A stretch of DNA of 64,000 nucleotides from an uncultured Flavobacteriaceae bacterium (GTDB lineage Bacteria; Bacteroidota; Bacteroidia; Flavobacteriales; Flavobacteriaceae): NCBI GenBank assembly GCA_965363545.1, contig CBDTUD010000011.1, positions 2,434 to 66,433 on the forward strand. Reading direction: 5' to 3'. Numbering within the stretch: the stretch's first letter is position 1; the number at the start of each line of letters is the position of its first letter. Both the position numbers and the translations under genes were made by a program. Positions 18,159 to 28,707 of the stretch are shown here, in pieces. The notes beneath the pieces are model-generated. The model searched no databases. It was not told where the DNA came from and worked only from the letters and a program-made list of their open reading frames with translations.

Positions 18159-19187
18159 TTAGGCGTATTCCTTTACGGCATCTACAAAAGCCTTGGCATG
18201 ATCTAACGGAATATTTGGCAAAATACCGTGCCCTAAATTTACGACATATTTATCTTTTCCAAAATCATTAATCATTTGAGTAACCATTTTTTTAATTACA
18301 TCTGGTGGAGAAAGTAATCTTGCAGGGTCAAAGTTTCCTTGTAAGGTAATTTTATTTTGAGTTAGTTTTCTCGCAATTTGTGGTTTAATTGTCCAATCAA
18401 CACCTAAAGCAGAAGCGTTAGAATTTGCCATTTCTTCTAAAGCAAACCAACATCCTTTACCAAAAGCAATCACGGGAGCATCCTTTTTAAGAGCTTCTAT
18501 AATTTGGTTGATATAGTTCCATGAAAATTCTTGGTAATCTGTTGGAGAAAGCATTCCTCCCCAAGAGTCAAAAATTTGCACAGCATCAACACCAGCTTTC
18601 ACTTTTTCTTTGAGATAAAGAATAGTAGTGTCTGTAATTTTTTGCAATAATGTATGCGCTGCAATTGGTTGTGTAAAACAAAATTCTTTGGCTTTATCAA
18701 ATGTTTTAGACCCTTGACCTTGTACACAATAGCACAAAATTGTCCAAGGAGATCCGGCAAATCCAATCAACGGAATTTCGTCATTCAGTTTTTCTTTTGT
18801 CATTTTAATCGCTTCCATGACATAGCCCAAAGTTTCTTGAATATCTGGAACAATTACATTATCTACATCTTTTTGACTACGAACCGGATTTGGTAAATAA
18901 GGACCAAAATCAGCTTTCATCTGCACGTCAATATTCATAGCTTGAGGAATTACCAGAATATCAGAAAATAAAATCGCTGCATCCATTCCGTACCTTCGAA
19001 TGGGTTGCACGGTAATTTCTGAAGCTAATTCCGGAGTTTGACAGCGTGTAAAAAAATCGTAATCTTTTTTTATGGCTAAAAATTCTGGCAAATATCTTCC
19101 TGCTTGTCGCATCATCCAAACTGGCGGACGAGCAACTATTTCACCCTTTAAAGCTCTTAAAAATAAATCGTTCTTTATATTCCCCAT
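18159..19187 (-). CDS. hemE: Uroporphyrinogen decarboxylase
   Basis: Contains [17 protein letters not shown] prefer the ATG at 19187 (MGNIKND...) over the TTG at 19193 in the ORF track. Confidence 0.9.
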   Translation of the reverse strand: MGNIKNDLFLRALKGEIVARPPVWMMRQAGRYLPEFLAIKKDYDFFTRCQTPELASEITVQPIRRYGMDAAILFSDILVIPQAMNIDVQMKADFGPYLPNPVRSQKDVDNVIVPDIQETLGYVMEAIKMTKEKLNDEIPLIGFAGSPWTILCYCVQGQGSKTFDKAKEFCFTQPIAAHTLLQKITDTTILYLKEKVKAGVDAVQIFDSWGGMLSPTDYQEFSWNYINQIIEALKKDAPVIAFGKGCWFALEEMANSNASALGVDWTIKPQIARKLTQNKITLQGNFDPARLLSPPDVIKKMVTQMINDFGKDKYVVNLGHGILPNIPLDHAKAFVDAVKEYA

Positions 19188-19189
19188 TT

Positions 19190-20488
19190 TCAATTTTTAG
19201 TATTTTTAGCAACCGCTTTCATGGCATTTTTTATCGCATGAGACATTTTGTCAAGATCGCTATTTGACAATTCCGTAGATAAAAACCAAGACTCAAATTG
19301 CGATGGAGGTAAAAATACTCCGTCGTGAATCATTTTCCAAAAGAAGGTTTTAAATTGTACGGTATCACTTGTTTGTGCAGACTTAAAATCAACGACTTTC
19401 TCACTTGTAAAAAACGGATTTAGCATAGAACCAAATCTATTCACTTGTAAATCAACACCATTCTCTTTAGCTGCTTTTAACAATTGGTTTTCTATTTGAT
19501 CACCAATACGCTCAAATTTTTCATATGGATTTTGTTTTTTCAATTCTGTAAGAGTTGAAATTCCAGCAGCCATAGCAATCGGATTACCTGATAATGTTCC
19601 GGCTTGATACACAGGACCTAAGGGTGAAACCATTTGCATTATTTCATCTTTTGCACCATAAGCTCCAACCGGAAAACCTCCACCAATCACTTTTCCTAAG
19701 CAAGTAATATCTGCTTTTAAGCCAATTAATTCTTGTGCACCTCCGAATTTTGATCGAAATCCGGTCATCACTTCATCTGCAATAATTAAGATGTCATTTT
19801 CCTTTGCGATTTTATTCAATTCTTTTATGAATTCTTTATCTGGGATAACAACTCCCATATTACCACCAATCGGTTCAATAATTATAGCGGCAATATCCTT
19901 ATTTTTTGCAATGAGATCTTTTACACTTTCAATATTATTATATTCCGCGACAAGCGTATTCTTAACTGCATCATGTGGCACACCTTTACTCCCAGGCAAA
20001 CTCAAAGTTACCAACCCAGAGCCTGCTGCGACCAATAAGGAATCGGCATGACCGTGATAACATCCAGCAAATTTTATGATTTTATCGTTTCCCGTAAAGG
20101 CTCTTGCCAAGCGCAATGCACTGAAAACTGCCTCGGTACCTGAATTTACAAAACGAATTTTATCCATTCTCGGAAAAGCTTCACAGACAATTTTTGCCAG
20201 TTTAATTTCTCCTTTAGTAGAAGCTCCAAAACTATATCCTTTTCTAAGTGCTTTTTTGATAGCTTTTTCAACTTTCTTATTACGATGCCCTAAAATCATC
20301 GGGCCATAAGACAAAACCAAGTCGATATATTCGTTTTTATCCACATCAAAAATCTTGCTTCCTTTCCCTTTTTCGATAAATAACGGAACACCACCTACCG
20401 ATTTAAAAGCTCTAACAGGAGAATTCACAGCCCCTACTAAATGTTTTTGACCTTGTGTAAATAATGCTATGGATTTGTTTAAATTCAT
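19190..20488 (-). CDS. hemL: Glutamate-1-semialdehyde 2,1-aminomutase
   Basis: Class III aminotransferase with the typical HemL N-terminus ([20 protein letters not shown]) and a PLP lysine region (CLGKVIGGG). Confidence 0.92.
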   Translation of the reverse strand: MNLNKSIALFTQGQKHLVGAVNSPVRAFKSVGGVPLFIEKGKGSKIFDVDKNEYIDLVLSYGPMILGHRNKKVEKAIKKALRKGYSFGASTKGEIKLAKIVCEAFPRMDKIRFVNSGTEAVFSALRLARAFTGNDKIIKFAGCYHGHADSLLVAAGSGLVTLSLPGSKGVPHDAVKNTLVAEYNNIESVKDLIAKNKDIAAIIIEPIGGNMGVVIPDKEFIKELNKIAKENDILIIADEVMTGFRSKFGGAQELIGLKADITCLGKVIGGGFPVGAYGAKDEIMQMVSPLGPVYQAGTLSGNPIAMAAGISTLTELKKQNPYEKFERIGDQIENQLLKAAKENGVDLQVNRFGSMLNPFFTSEKVVDFKSAQTSDTVQFKTFFWKMIHDGVFLPPSQFESWFLSTELSNSDLDKMSHAIKNAMKAVAKNTKN

Positions 20489-20526
20489 ATATAAAATCTA
20501 TATTTTTTCCGATGTCTCGGAAGTCT

Positions 20527-21492
20527 CTATTTTCTGTTCAAAATCTTTGCTACCTCTTTTGCAAAATAGGTAATTATGATATCTGCTCCTGCTCTTTTCA
20601 TGGATAAGAGGCTCTCTAACATTACTTTTTCACCATCTATCCAACCTTTTGCTGCAGCAGCTTTTATCATAGCATATTCTCCGCTAACGTTATAACAAGC
20701 AATCGGTCGGTCGAAATTAGTTTTCAAATCACGAATAATATCTAAATATGCCAAAGCCGGTTTAACCATTAATATATCTGCACCTTCCATATCATCAAAA
20801 GTAGCTTCTCGCATTGCTTCATCGCGATTAGCTGAATCCATTTGATAGGTTCTTCTGTCACCAAAGGATGGCGCAGAATCTGCCGCATCACGGAACGGCC
20901 CATAAAACGCAGACGAAAATTTTACGGAATATGCCATAATTGGTAAATTGACATATCCATGAGAATCCAGTGCCTGACGAACAGTTTCGATAGTTCCATC
21001 CATCATTCCCGAAGGAGCAACCATATCTGCTCCAGCTTTCGCATGAGAGATAACTTGCTTAGCAATATTGACCAAAGTTGCATCATTATCTACGTCATTA
21101 TCATGAATAATACCGCAGTGACCATGACTAGTATATTCACAAAAACAGACATCAGTAATAACAACTAATTCTGGATATTTTTTTTTGATAAGTCGAATTG
21201 CCTTTTGAATAATACCGTTGTCATTCCATGTTTCAGAACCAATTACATCTTTTTTGGTTGGAATTCCGAAAAGTAATACTGAAGGAATATTCAAAGCAAC
21301 AACTTCATCCAATTCTTTTGAAATTCTATCTAAAGAAAATCTCTTTATTCCAGGCATGGAAACTATTTCTGTTTCAATATTCTCTCCTTCCTCAATAAAA
21401 ATTGGGTAAATTAAATCATCTACATGAAGTCGGTTTTCTCGAACCAACCTTCTCATATTTTCCGTTTTACGAAGGCGTCTTGTTCTATTCAT
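20527..21492 (-). CDS. hemB: Porphobilinogen synthase (delta-aminolevulinate dehydratase)
   Basis: RRLR...LIYPIFI N-terminus, MVKPA active-site lysine region and YNVSGEYAM. Confidence 0.92.
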   Translation of the reverse strand: MNRTRRLRKTENMRRLVRENRLHVDDLIYPIFIEEGENIETEIVSMPGIKRFSLDRISKELDEVVALNIPSVLLFGIPTKKDVIGSETWNDNGIIQKAIRLIKKKYPELVVITDVCFCEYTSHGHCGIIHDNDVDNDATLVNIAKQVISHAKAGADMVAPSGMMDGTIETVRQALDSHGYVNLPIMAYSVKFSSAFYGPFRDAADSAPSFGDRRTYQMDSANRDEAMREATFDDMEGADILMVKPALAYLDIIRDLKTNFDRPIACYNVSGEYAMIKAAAAKGWIDGEKVMLESLLSMKRAGADIIITYFAKEVAKILNRK

Positions 21493-21495
21493 GAT

Positions 21496-23085
21496 TTAAG
21501 CTTTATGTTCGTGAAAATAAGTATTTACTGCATTTAAAACACTTTCAACAGTTGCTATTTTTGCAACTATCACTTTATCAAAATGTTTCTTCGCTTCTTC
21601 CGCGGTTGTTCCGCCGATGCAAAATGCAATTTTTCCTAAAGGTTTATTGTCTTGCAAAAAACTTTCAATTCCGGAAGGGCTATAAAAAAGAACAGCCAGA
21701 ACCCCCTTATCTATTACCCTAGGAGTCAAAATAGTTTTATAGCATTCTACTTCGTTGACTAAAATATCGTTTTTTTCTAAAATCGTCGGTAATTCGTCTC
21801 TTCTTTTGTTACTTGTGAAAAAAGTTACTTCTTTTTCTTTTAGATTCTTTATTAAATAGTCCGCCAAACTTTCTGCCGAATTTTCTACTTGTGTAACTTT
21901 ACCTATTTTCTTTTCGATTAACCTCTTTGTTCTTCTACCAACACAATAAATATTGGTGAATCTTAATTCGACACGTGTAAAACTATTCAATAATGCTTCT
22001 ACCGCATTTTGACTTGTAATTACGACATTTTTTATAGGCTCTTTAACCAATACCGGTCGCAAACGATTGTATCGAATAGTAATAAAATCACTCATTGAAA
22101 CACCTAATTCATGCGATATCATCGTTTTTTGCGTAAGGGAAAGTGTTTTTGTAGAAAATATTTTACTTTCTTTTTCGGAAATTAACTCTTCTCGCATTAT
22201 CTTTTTACCACCTCTATCTAAGATATAGTTGGCAGCATACTCGGCTAAATCACCGCATTTCTCAACGGGTAGAGATTTGGCAAATTCAATTTTATTCTTA
22301 CCATCCGGACTAAATAAAACACCCTTAAATTTTAGTTCTCCCTCACGTATTGTTGCTAAAGCACCTATCGGAGCGGTACATCCACCCTCTAATTTATTCA
22401 AAAATTCACGTTCAACCGCTACACAAGTTGCTGTTTCTTCGTGGTTTAATTCTTTGCAAATATCGAGAATGTCTTGATTTTTTTCTAAAGCCGCAATCAT
22501 CACTGTACCCTGTGCCGGAGCAGGAATCATCCAATCTAAACGAATATGATTGTCAGGTAATAAGTTTACTCTTTTCAACCCAGCCATGGCAAAAATTGCC
22601 CCATCCCATTCATTCTCCTCTAATTTTCTCATACGAGTTTGCACATTTCCTCTTATCCCAGTAATGGAATGACTCGGAAAACGGTATAACCACTGTGCTT
22701 TTCTTCGTAAACTTCCCGTTGCAATGGTGGCTTCATTATTTGAAAAAAAATGATCATTCGACTTTAAAACTAAAACATCGTTAAAATCTCCTCTTTTTAA
22801 AACCGCAGCTTGAACAATTCCTAAGGGTAATTTGGTAGGTACATCTTTCATAGAATGCACAGCAATATCAATTTTATCTTGTAATAAAGCGATATCGAGA
22901 TTTTTGGTAAAAACACCAGTAATTCCTAATTCATATAAAGGTTTGTCGAGAACAACATCTCCAAGAGAGTCAATTTTAACTATTTCGGTTTGATACCCTA
23001 AAAACTCTATTTGTTTCGCTACGGTCGTAGCTTGCCATAGGGCTAACTCACTAGATCGAGTACCTATCCTAATAATTTTTGTCAT
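21496..23085 (-). CDS. hemC/hemD: Fused hydroxymethylbilane synthase / uroporphyrinogen-III synthase
   Basis: The N-terminal ~300 aa are HemC (IRIGTRSSELALWQA, GGCTAPIG). The C-terminal ~220 aa are HemD-like. This fusion is common in Bacteroidota. Confidence 0.88.
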   Translation of the reverse strand: MTKIIRIGTRSSELALWQATTVAKQIEFLGYQTEIVKIDSLGDVVLDKPLYELGITGVFTKNLDIALLQDKIDIAVHSMKDVPTKLPLGIVQAAVLKRGDFNDVLVLKSNDHFFSNNEATIATGSLRRKAQWLYRFPSHSITGIRGNVQTRMRKLEENEWDGAIFAMAGLKRVNLLPDNHIRLDWMIPAPAQGTVMIAALEKNQDILDICKELNHEETATCVAVEREFLNKLEGGCTAPIGALATIREGELKFKGVLFSPDGKNKIEFAKSLPVEKCGDLAEYAANYILDRGGKKIMREELISEKESKIFSTKTLSLTQKTMISHELGVSMSDFITIRYNRLRPVLVKEPIKNVVITSQNAVEALLNSFTRVELRFTNIYCVGRRTKRLIEKKIGKVTQVENSAESLADYLIKNLKEKEVTFFTSNKRRDELPTILEKNDILVNEVECYKTILTPRVIDKGVLAVLFYSPSGIESFLQDNKPLGKIAFCIGGTTAEEAKKHFDKVIVAKIATVESVLNAVNTYFHEHKA

Positions 23086-23087
23086 AT

Positions 23088-24341
23088 TTAATTTTGTAAT
23101 ACAGTCGATTTAAATACCTGCTCCATTACTTGAATACTATCTTCCGTATGGTCTTGATCTTCTTTTAAATGCATGGCAAATTTAGAAACAATCTTGTTTA
23201 TAATAAACGTAGAAATTTCTTCAGCATGATCGATATTTAAATTTTCGTATTTTTTTAAGTGTGAAGTGATTGCGTCGTTTTGAATCCCTTCTAAAGCGTG
23301 TTTTAATGAATTTATTGCAGGAATTGCTTTTCTAAAATTTAGCCATTCGTAAAATTCATTTTTATATTTTTCAATGATTGCTTCAACAATTGGTATTTGC
23401 TGTTTTCTATTTTCAAAGGTTAGTTTTGTCTTGTCCGACAGCATGTCAACATCAATAACTGTTTTATTTGGCATTAATTTAACCGCATTATCAACGTTAT
23501 TCGGAATCGATAAATCAATAATTAATTGTTTTTTATCTGAAGAAAACTGATTTGCCAAAACCGTAGGTTTTTCTGCCCCAGTGGCAATGATAATGACATC
23601 AGCATTTTGAATTTCGGATTGTAAATTTTCTTGATTTTTAACATGAACTTTTACTTCTTTCGCTAGTTCATGTGCTTTTGATTCCGTTCTGTTCATAACG
23701 GAAATCGTGCTTTTTTTCAAGTATTTAACACCACTTCTAGCTGTGCTGTCACCAATTTTTCCTAAACCGTAAATTAATACGTTTTGTTTTGGATTCCCTT
23801 TCCAATTATCGCGAACATATTGAATAGCGGCATAAGAAACCGTTGTAATTCCTGAACTTAAACTAGTAGTGTTTTTAACTTCTTTACTGGCTTGTAATGC
23901 TGTATTGTATAATCTTTCTATAAAAGCATTTACCGTATTGGCTTCTTTTGCTTGCGCAAAGGAATTTTTTAATTGCCCAACAATTTCATAATCTCCTAAA
24001 ATCTGACTATCTAATCCTGTCGCAATTCTGATAAAGTGTTCAGCAGCATCTGAATTTTTATAAACGTAAGAAACTTTGGCAAACTCTTCTACGGTTCCTC
24101 CGGAATATTTGCATAATAAAGAGATAAGCTGATATGGATGTTGTGAAAACCCAATTATTTCCGTTCTATTGCAGGTTGAAAGAATTAAAACCCCCTCCAA
24201 TTCTAATTCTTTTGCTTCCAATAGTAATTTATCCCTATCAGCTTTACTTAAACTAAATTTACTTCTTGTAGCAACATCGGCTTTTTTATAACTCAATCCG
24301 ATTACGTAAAAATTATTTTCTTTAGTATTTGTATGCTTCAT
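23088..24341 (-). CDS. hemA: Glutamyl-tRNA reductase
   Basis: Has the LSTCNRTE active-site Cys motif and an NAD(P)-binding GLGKIG motif. Confidence 0.9.
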   Translation of the reverse strand: MKHTNTKENNFYVIGLSYKKADVATRSKFSLSKADRDKLLLEAKELELEGVLILSTCNRTEIIGFSQHPYQLISLLCKYSGGTVEEFAKVSYVYKNSDAAEHFIRIATGLDSQILGDYEIVGQLKNSFAQAKEANTVNAFIERLYNTALQASKEVKNTTSLSSGITTVSYAAIQYVRDNWKGNPKQNVLIYGLGKIGDSTARSGVKYLKKSTISVMNRTESKAHELAKEVKVHVKNQENLQSEIQNADVIIIATGAEKPTVLANQFSSDKKQLIIDLSIPNNVDNAVKLMPNKTVIDVDMLSDKTKLTFENRKQQIPIVEAIIEKYKNEFYEWLNFRKAIPAINSLKHALEGIQNDAITSHLKKYENLNIDHAEEISTFIINKIVSKFAMHLKEDQDHTEDSIQVMEQVFKSTVLQN

Positions 24342-24395
24342 AATGTGACCTAAGATAAAGTTTTAGAACCGAAGTTAACAATGTAACTTATGTAA

Positions 24396-24403
24396 CAAAA
24401 GTA
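24396..24403 (-). promoter_or_regulatory. Candidate Bacteroidota -7 promoter box (TACTTTTG on the minus strand) for the hemA operon
   Basis: Matches the TAnnTTTG consensus and lies 55 bp upstream of the hemA ATG. Confidence 0.4.
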
Positions 24404-24651
24404 AGAAAGATGAGAAAAACAAAATATGATATTTATCATTTTGAAAATCTTGATTTCATTCTTTCTAAATTCAATAGAAAAGTGACACACCTTCTAGGTT
24501 TAATCTTAAAACTTTTCAAAAAAATTAACTATGACAAAATTAAGATTTCTATATACGTATAATATCGTTTGTCCAAAAAAAAGTATCGATGAAAAAAATT
24601 ATAATTTAATCATTTTTGCTGCTTTCATAAAAAGTTACGCTCTTAAAACTT

Positions 24652-24659
24652 TATCTTTG
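24652..24659 (+). promoter_or_regulatory. Candidate Bacteroidota -7 promoter box (TATCTTTG) for hemH-hemJ
   Basis: Matches the TAnnTTTG consensus. It ends 26 nt upstream of the GTG start at 24686. Confidence 0.45.
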
Positions 24660-24685
24660 CCTTTCAAAATTTAAAAAATTAAATC

Positions 24686-25720
24686 GTGCATAAAAAAGGC
24701 GTTCTTCTTGTTAATTTAGGATCTCCGGATTCCACTAAAATCAAAGACATTAAAAAATATTTAGATGAATTTTTGATGGATGAGAGAGTAATTGATATGG
24801 CGTATTGGAAACGTTATTTATTGGTTAAAGGCATTATTTTAAATACTCGTCCGAAAAAAACAGCCGCCGCATACCGAAAAATATGGTGGAAAGAAGGCTC
24901 TCCTCTCATTGTTCTTTCTGAACGTTTTTTCAAAAAAGTACAAGAAAAAGTTGATCTTCCTATAACACTTGCAATGCGATACGGTTCGATGTCGATTGAA
25001 AAAGGTTTAAAAGAATTGGCAGATAAAGGTGTTGAAGATGTTTTGTTAATTCCTCTATATCCTCACTATGCCATGTCGTCTTTTGAAACAGTAGAAGTAA
25101 AAGCAATAGAAATTCAAAAACAGTTATTTTCAAAAATGTCGATTGAAACGTTTCCGGTTTTTTACAATAAACCAGACTATATTTCAGCAATGACAAACAA
25201 TATAAAAAAGGAATTGGGTAATGAAAAATACGATTATATATTGTTCTCTTATCACGGTATTCCTGAGCGCCATATTTATAAAAGTGACACCACAAAAAAC
25301 CATTGTAAATTAGATGGCAGTTGTTGTGATTTGCCAAGCAAAGCACATGAAACTTGTTATCGACACCAATGTTTTGAAACCACGAAAGAAATTGCAAAGT
25401 CTTTACATTTAAAAGAAGGTACTTGGGGCAATTCTTTTCAATCTAGATTATTACGCGACCCTTGGCTAAAACCTTATACCGATTTTGAATTTGAAAAATT
25501 AGCACAAAACGGTGTTGAAAATTTAATTGTTATCACACCTTCTTTTGTTACCGATTGCTTGGAAACTTTAGAAGAAATTGCCATGGAAGGCAAACACCAA
25601 TTTTTAGAGGCAGGAGGAAAAAATTACAAACATATACCATGTTTAAACGATAATCAAGAATGGGTAAATACGGTGTGTAATTGGATTTCCGATTGGGAAA
25701 AGAAATCGAATAACAGATAG
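24686..25720 (+). CDS. hemH: Ferrochelatase
   Basis: Contains GVLLVNLGSPDS, YPHYAMSS and SYHGIPERH. GTG start. Confidence 0.9.
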   Translation: MHKKGVLLVNLGSPDSTKIKDIKKYLDEFLMDERVIDMAYWKRYLLVKGIILNTRPKKTAAAYRKIWWKEGSPLIVLSERFFKKVQEKVDLPITLAMRYGSMSIEKGLKELADKGVEDVLLIPLYPHYAMSSFETVEVKAIEIQKQLFSKMSIETFPVFYNKPDYISAMTNNIKKELGNEKYDYILFSYHGIPERHIYKSDTTKNHCKLDGSCCDLPSKAHETCYRHQCFETTKEIAKSLHLKEGTWGNSFQSRLLRDPWLKPYTDFEFEKLAQNGVENLIVITPSFVTDCLETLEEIAMEGKHQFLEAGGKNYKHIPCLNDNQEWVNTVCNWISDWEKKSNNR

Positions 25721-25727
25721 CCTTAAC

Positions 25728-26288
25728 ATGGAATATCTCTATATAAAATCATTGCATATAATTTTTGTAACCACTTGGTTCGCAGGCCTATTCTATATTA
25801 TTCGACTATTCATCTACTATAAAGAAGCCGAAGAAAAATCAGAAACTGAAAAAGCAATTTTGCTCCCACAATACGAATTAATGATTAAGCGACTTTGGTA
25901 TATCATTACCTGGCCATCTGCAATTTTAGCAACGATTTTTGCAATTTGGCTGCTCGTTCTGCAACCTTTTTGGCTAAAGGAAACATGGATGCTTTTAAAA
26001 TTAGGTTTCGTTGTTTTGCTTTACGGGTATCACTGGAGTTGTCAAATCATGTACAATCAAATTACAAAAGGAAATTTAAAATATTCTTCTTTTGCTTTGC
26101 GAATTTGGAACGAAGTTGCAACTATCATCCTCTTCGCCTGCGTTTTTCTTGTTGTTTTAAAAAGTACTTTAGGTTGGATTTTTGGCGTAGTTGGTATCGT
26201 TGGCGTCTCTGTTTTACTCATGTTGGGTATTAAATTATATAAAAAGATTCGCGCTAAAAAAAGCTGGGATCGAAATGACACCATATAA
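25728..26288 (+). CDS. hemJ: Protoporphyrinogen IX oxidase, HemJ type (CopD-like membrane protein)
   Basis: 186 aa four/five-helix membrane protein with the N-terminal YIKSLHIIFVTTWFAGLFY pattern. It lies directly downstream of hemH. Confidence 0.75.
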   Translation: MEYLYIKSLHIIFVTTWFAGLFYIIRLFIYYKEAEEKSETEKAILLPQYELMIKRLWYIITWPSAILATIFAIWLLVLQPFWLKETWMLLKLGFVVLLYGYHWSCQIMYNQITKGNLKYSSFALRIWNEVATIILFACVFLVVLKSTLGWIFGVVGIVGVSVLLMLGIKLYKKIRAKKSWDRNDTI

Positions 26289-26415
26289 AACCTAATCATT
26301 TGCGCCTTTTTTTTAAAAATCTATCCCAACATTTTCATAATAACTGCATGACTTTTGTCATAAGGTAAAACCGAAGTATTCTTTAATTTTGGTAACTGCC
26401 ATCAAATTAAAGATT

Positions 26416-28029
26416 ATGAAGAATTTAGTTCTTGGTAACGGAGCGATTGCTCAAGGTGCTATTGACGCAGGTATTTCGGGTGTTTACGCATATCCCGGAA
26501 CGCCTTCTACCGAAATTACCGAATATATACAACAATCAGAAACTGCAAAAAAATTAGGCATTCATTCTAGTTGGTCAGTTAATGAAAAAACTGCAATGGA
26601 AGCTGCCTTAGGCATGTCTTTCGCCGGAAAAAGAGCGCTTGTTGTAATGAAACATGTCGGTTTAAATGTCGCTTCTGATGTATTTATGAACATGTCGGTT
26701 TCGGGTGTGAATGGAGGTTTAGTTGTCGCTGTAGCGGATGATCCTTCGATGCATTCTTCTCAAAATGAACAAGATTCAAGATTTTATGGCAAGTTTGCAA
26801 TGGTTCCGATTGTAGAGCCCTCAAATCAACAAGAGGCCTACGATATGATGTCGTATGCTTTTGACCTTTCCGAAGAAACTAAATTACCAGTATTGCTTCG
26901 AATGGTTACACGGTTATCTCATTCAAGAGCGGGAGTTATGTTTGGAGAATCAAGAAAGCAAAATAAAATTTGTTTGCCCGATGACACAACTCCTTTTACG
27001 CTGATTCCATCTAATGCAAAAAAACAATTCGAAAAATTAATCCTAAAAAAAACAGACTTAATTCAAGCTTCAGAAGATTCTCCCTTTAACCAAATCCATC
27101 TAGAAAAGAATAATTTTTTAGGGATTATCGCCTGTGGAATAGGTTATAATTACGTTATGGAAAATTTGGAAGAAGATTTATTAATGCCTTCCATATTAAA
27201 AATTTCACAGTACCCACTTCCTAAAGAAAAAATCAGACAATTATATCAACATTGTGATGAGATAATTATTATTGAAGAAGGTTACCCAATGGTAGAAGAA
27301 ATCTTGCGAGATTATTTCGAAGAAAATATCAAAATTAAAGGAAAATTATCGGGTCATCTACCAGTAACAGGAGAATTAAATCCGAATATCGTAGCAAAAG
27401 CACTAGGAATTACCTTAGAAAAAAATGACAAAATACCAGCTCTTATGACAAATCGACCTCCGCAATTATGTGAAGGTTGCGGTCACACTGATTTATTCAA
27501 TGCCATAAATGATCTAGTACCAGAAATCGGCGAAAAAAAAGTATTTGGTGATATTGGTTGTTATGCTCTTGGTAGCTTACCTCCGCTAAAAACGATTAGT
27601 TCATTAATTGATATGGGAGCCTCGATTACCATGGCAAAAGGCGCAGCAGATGCAGGAGTCGAAAATGCAATTGCAGTTATTGGAGATTCCACATTTACCC
27701 ATTCGGGAATGACTGGTTTGTTAGATGCCGTTTCTGAAAATTCTCCAATTACGGTTATCATCTCTGACAACTCATCGGTAGCGATGACTGGCGGACAAGA
27801 CTCCACAGCAGTTGGCAGATTAAAAGAAATTTGCTTAGGTATTGGTGTACCCATTGAACATCTAAAAACGATAATTCCCTTAAAGAAAAATCATGCATTT
27901 AATGTGAATATTTTAAGAGATGAAATACAATATAAAGGTATTTCTGTAATCATTTCCGAGAGGCCTTGTGTGAGACTTTCTAGGGATAAAAAAGAGGAAA
28001 TAAAAGAAAAAATTGCCTCTTTACATTAA
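26416..28029 (+). CDS. iorA: Indolepyruvate:ferredoxin oxidoreductase alpha subunit (TPP-dependent)
   Basis: Contains GNGAIAQGAIDAG..YPGTPSTEI and the TPP motif GDSTFTHSG. I prefer the ATG at 26416 (MKNLVLGNG) to the TTG at 26389. Confidence 0.85.
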   Translation: MKNLVLGNGAIAQGAIDAGISGVYAYPGTPSTEITEYIQQSETAKKLGIHSSWSVNEKTAMEAALGMSFAGKRALVVMKHVGLNVASDVFMNMSVSGVNGGLVVAVADDPSMHSSQNEQDSRFYGKFAMVPIVEPSNQQEAYDMMSYAFDLSEETKLPVLLRMVTRLSHSRAGVMFGESRKQNKICLPDDTTPFTLIPSNAKKQFEKLILKKTDLIQASEDSPFNQIHLEKNNFLGIIACGIGYNYVMENLEEDLLMPSILKISQYPLPKEKIRQLYQHCDEIIIIEEGYPMVEEILRDYFEENIKIKGKLSGHLPVTGELNPNIVAKALGITLEKNDKIPALMTNRPPQLCEGCGHTDLFNAINDLVPEIGEKKVFGDIGCYALGSLPPLKTISSLIDMGASITMAKGAADAGVENAIAVIGDSTFTHSGMTGLLDAVSENSPITVIISDNSSVAMTGGQDSTAVGRLKEICLGIGVPIEHLKTIIPLKKNHAFNVNILRDEIQYKGISVIISERPCVRLSRDKKEEIKEKIASLH

Positions 28030-28038
28030 AATTATATT

Positions 28039-28629
28039 ATGAAAACAAACCTTATTTTATCAGGCGTTGGCGGACAAGGAATACTAACGATTGCCGCAAT
28101 TTTAGATACTGCAGCCTTGCAACAGAATTTATATGTTAAACAATCGGAAGTTCATGGTATGAGTCAACGCGGCGGCGCAGTACAATCACATGTAAGAATC
28201 TCCAATTTAGAAGTTTACTCTGATTTAATTCCTGAAGGAAAAGCCGATATGGTGCTTTCGGTAGAGCCTTTGGAAGCCTTACGCTATATTCCATTTTTGA
28301 AAAAAGATGGCTGGATTATTACAGATACGCATCCGTTTCGGAATATTCTTGATTACCCGGAAGAATCTGAAATTATCGATGAAATCAAACGACATCCAAA
28401 TCATATTATTATAAATGCTACAGACGAGGCAAAAAAATTGGGCAATTCCAAAGTAGCAAATATGATTTTATTAGGAGCCGCTTCTTCCTTAATTTTCTTA
28501 TCCGACGAAAGTATCTTAGCAGCTATAAAAACATTGTTTCAAACGAAAAGCGAAAAACTTGTCAGTTTAAATGTAGAAGCTTACCAATTAGGAAAAGAAT
28601 TGGCAGAACAACAAAAAATAATGTTATAA
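28039..28629 (+). CDS. iorB: Indolepyruvate oxidoreductase beta subunit
   Basis: Pyruvate/ketoisovalerate oxidoreductase gamma-like fold (GVGGQGILT, SQRGGAV). It starts 9 nt after iorA. Confidence 0.85.
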   Translation: MKTNLILSGVGGQGILTIAAILDTAALQQNLYVKQSEVHGMSQRGGAVQSHVRISNLEVYSDLIPEGKADMVLSVEPLEALRYIPFLKKDGWIITDTHPFRNILDYPEESEIIDEIKRHPNHIIINATDEAKKLGNSKVANMILLGAASSLIFLSDESILAAIKTLFQTKSEKLVSLNVEAYQLGKELAEQQKIML

Positions 28630-28707
28630 ATTCATAATTTATCAGATTAAAACTTACTCATTTATAAACAAAAAAATCAATATTTGCAAATAATAAGAGC
28701 AGATACA

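Noticed and set aside
24960-25397. 145-aa minus-strand ORF inside hemH, and a 112-aa alternate-frame ORF at 25895-26233 inside hemJ.
   Set aside because: Both are fully contained in well-supported haem genes, and neither has independent coding evidence.
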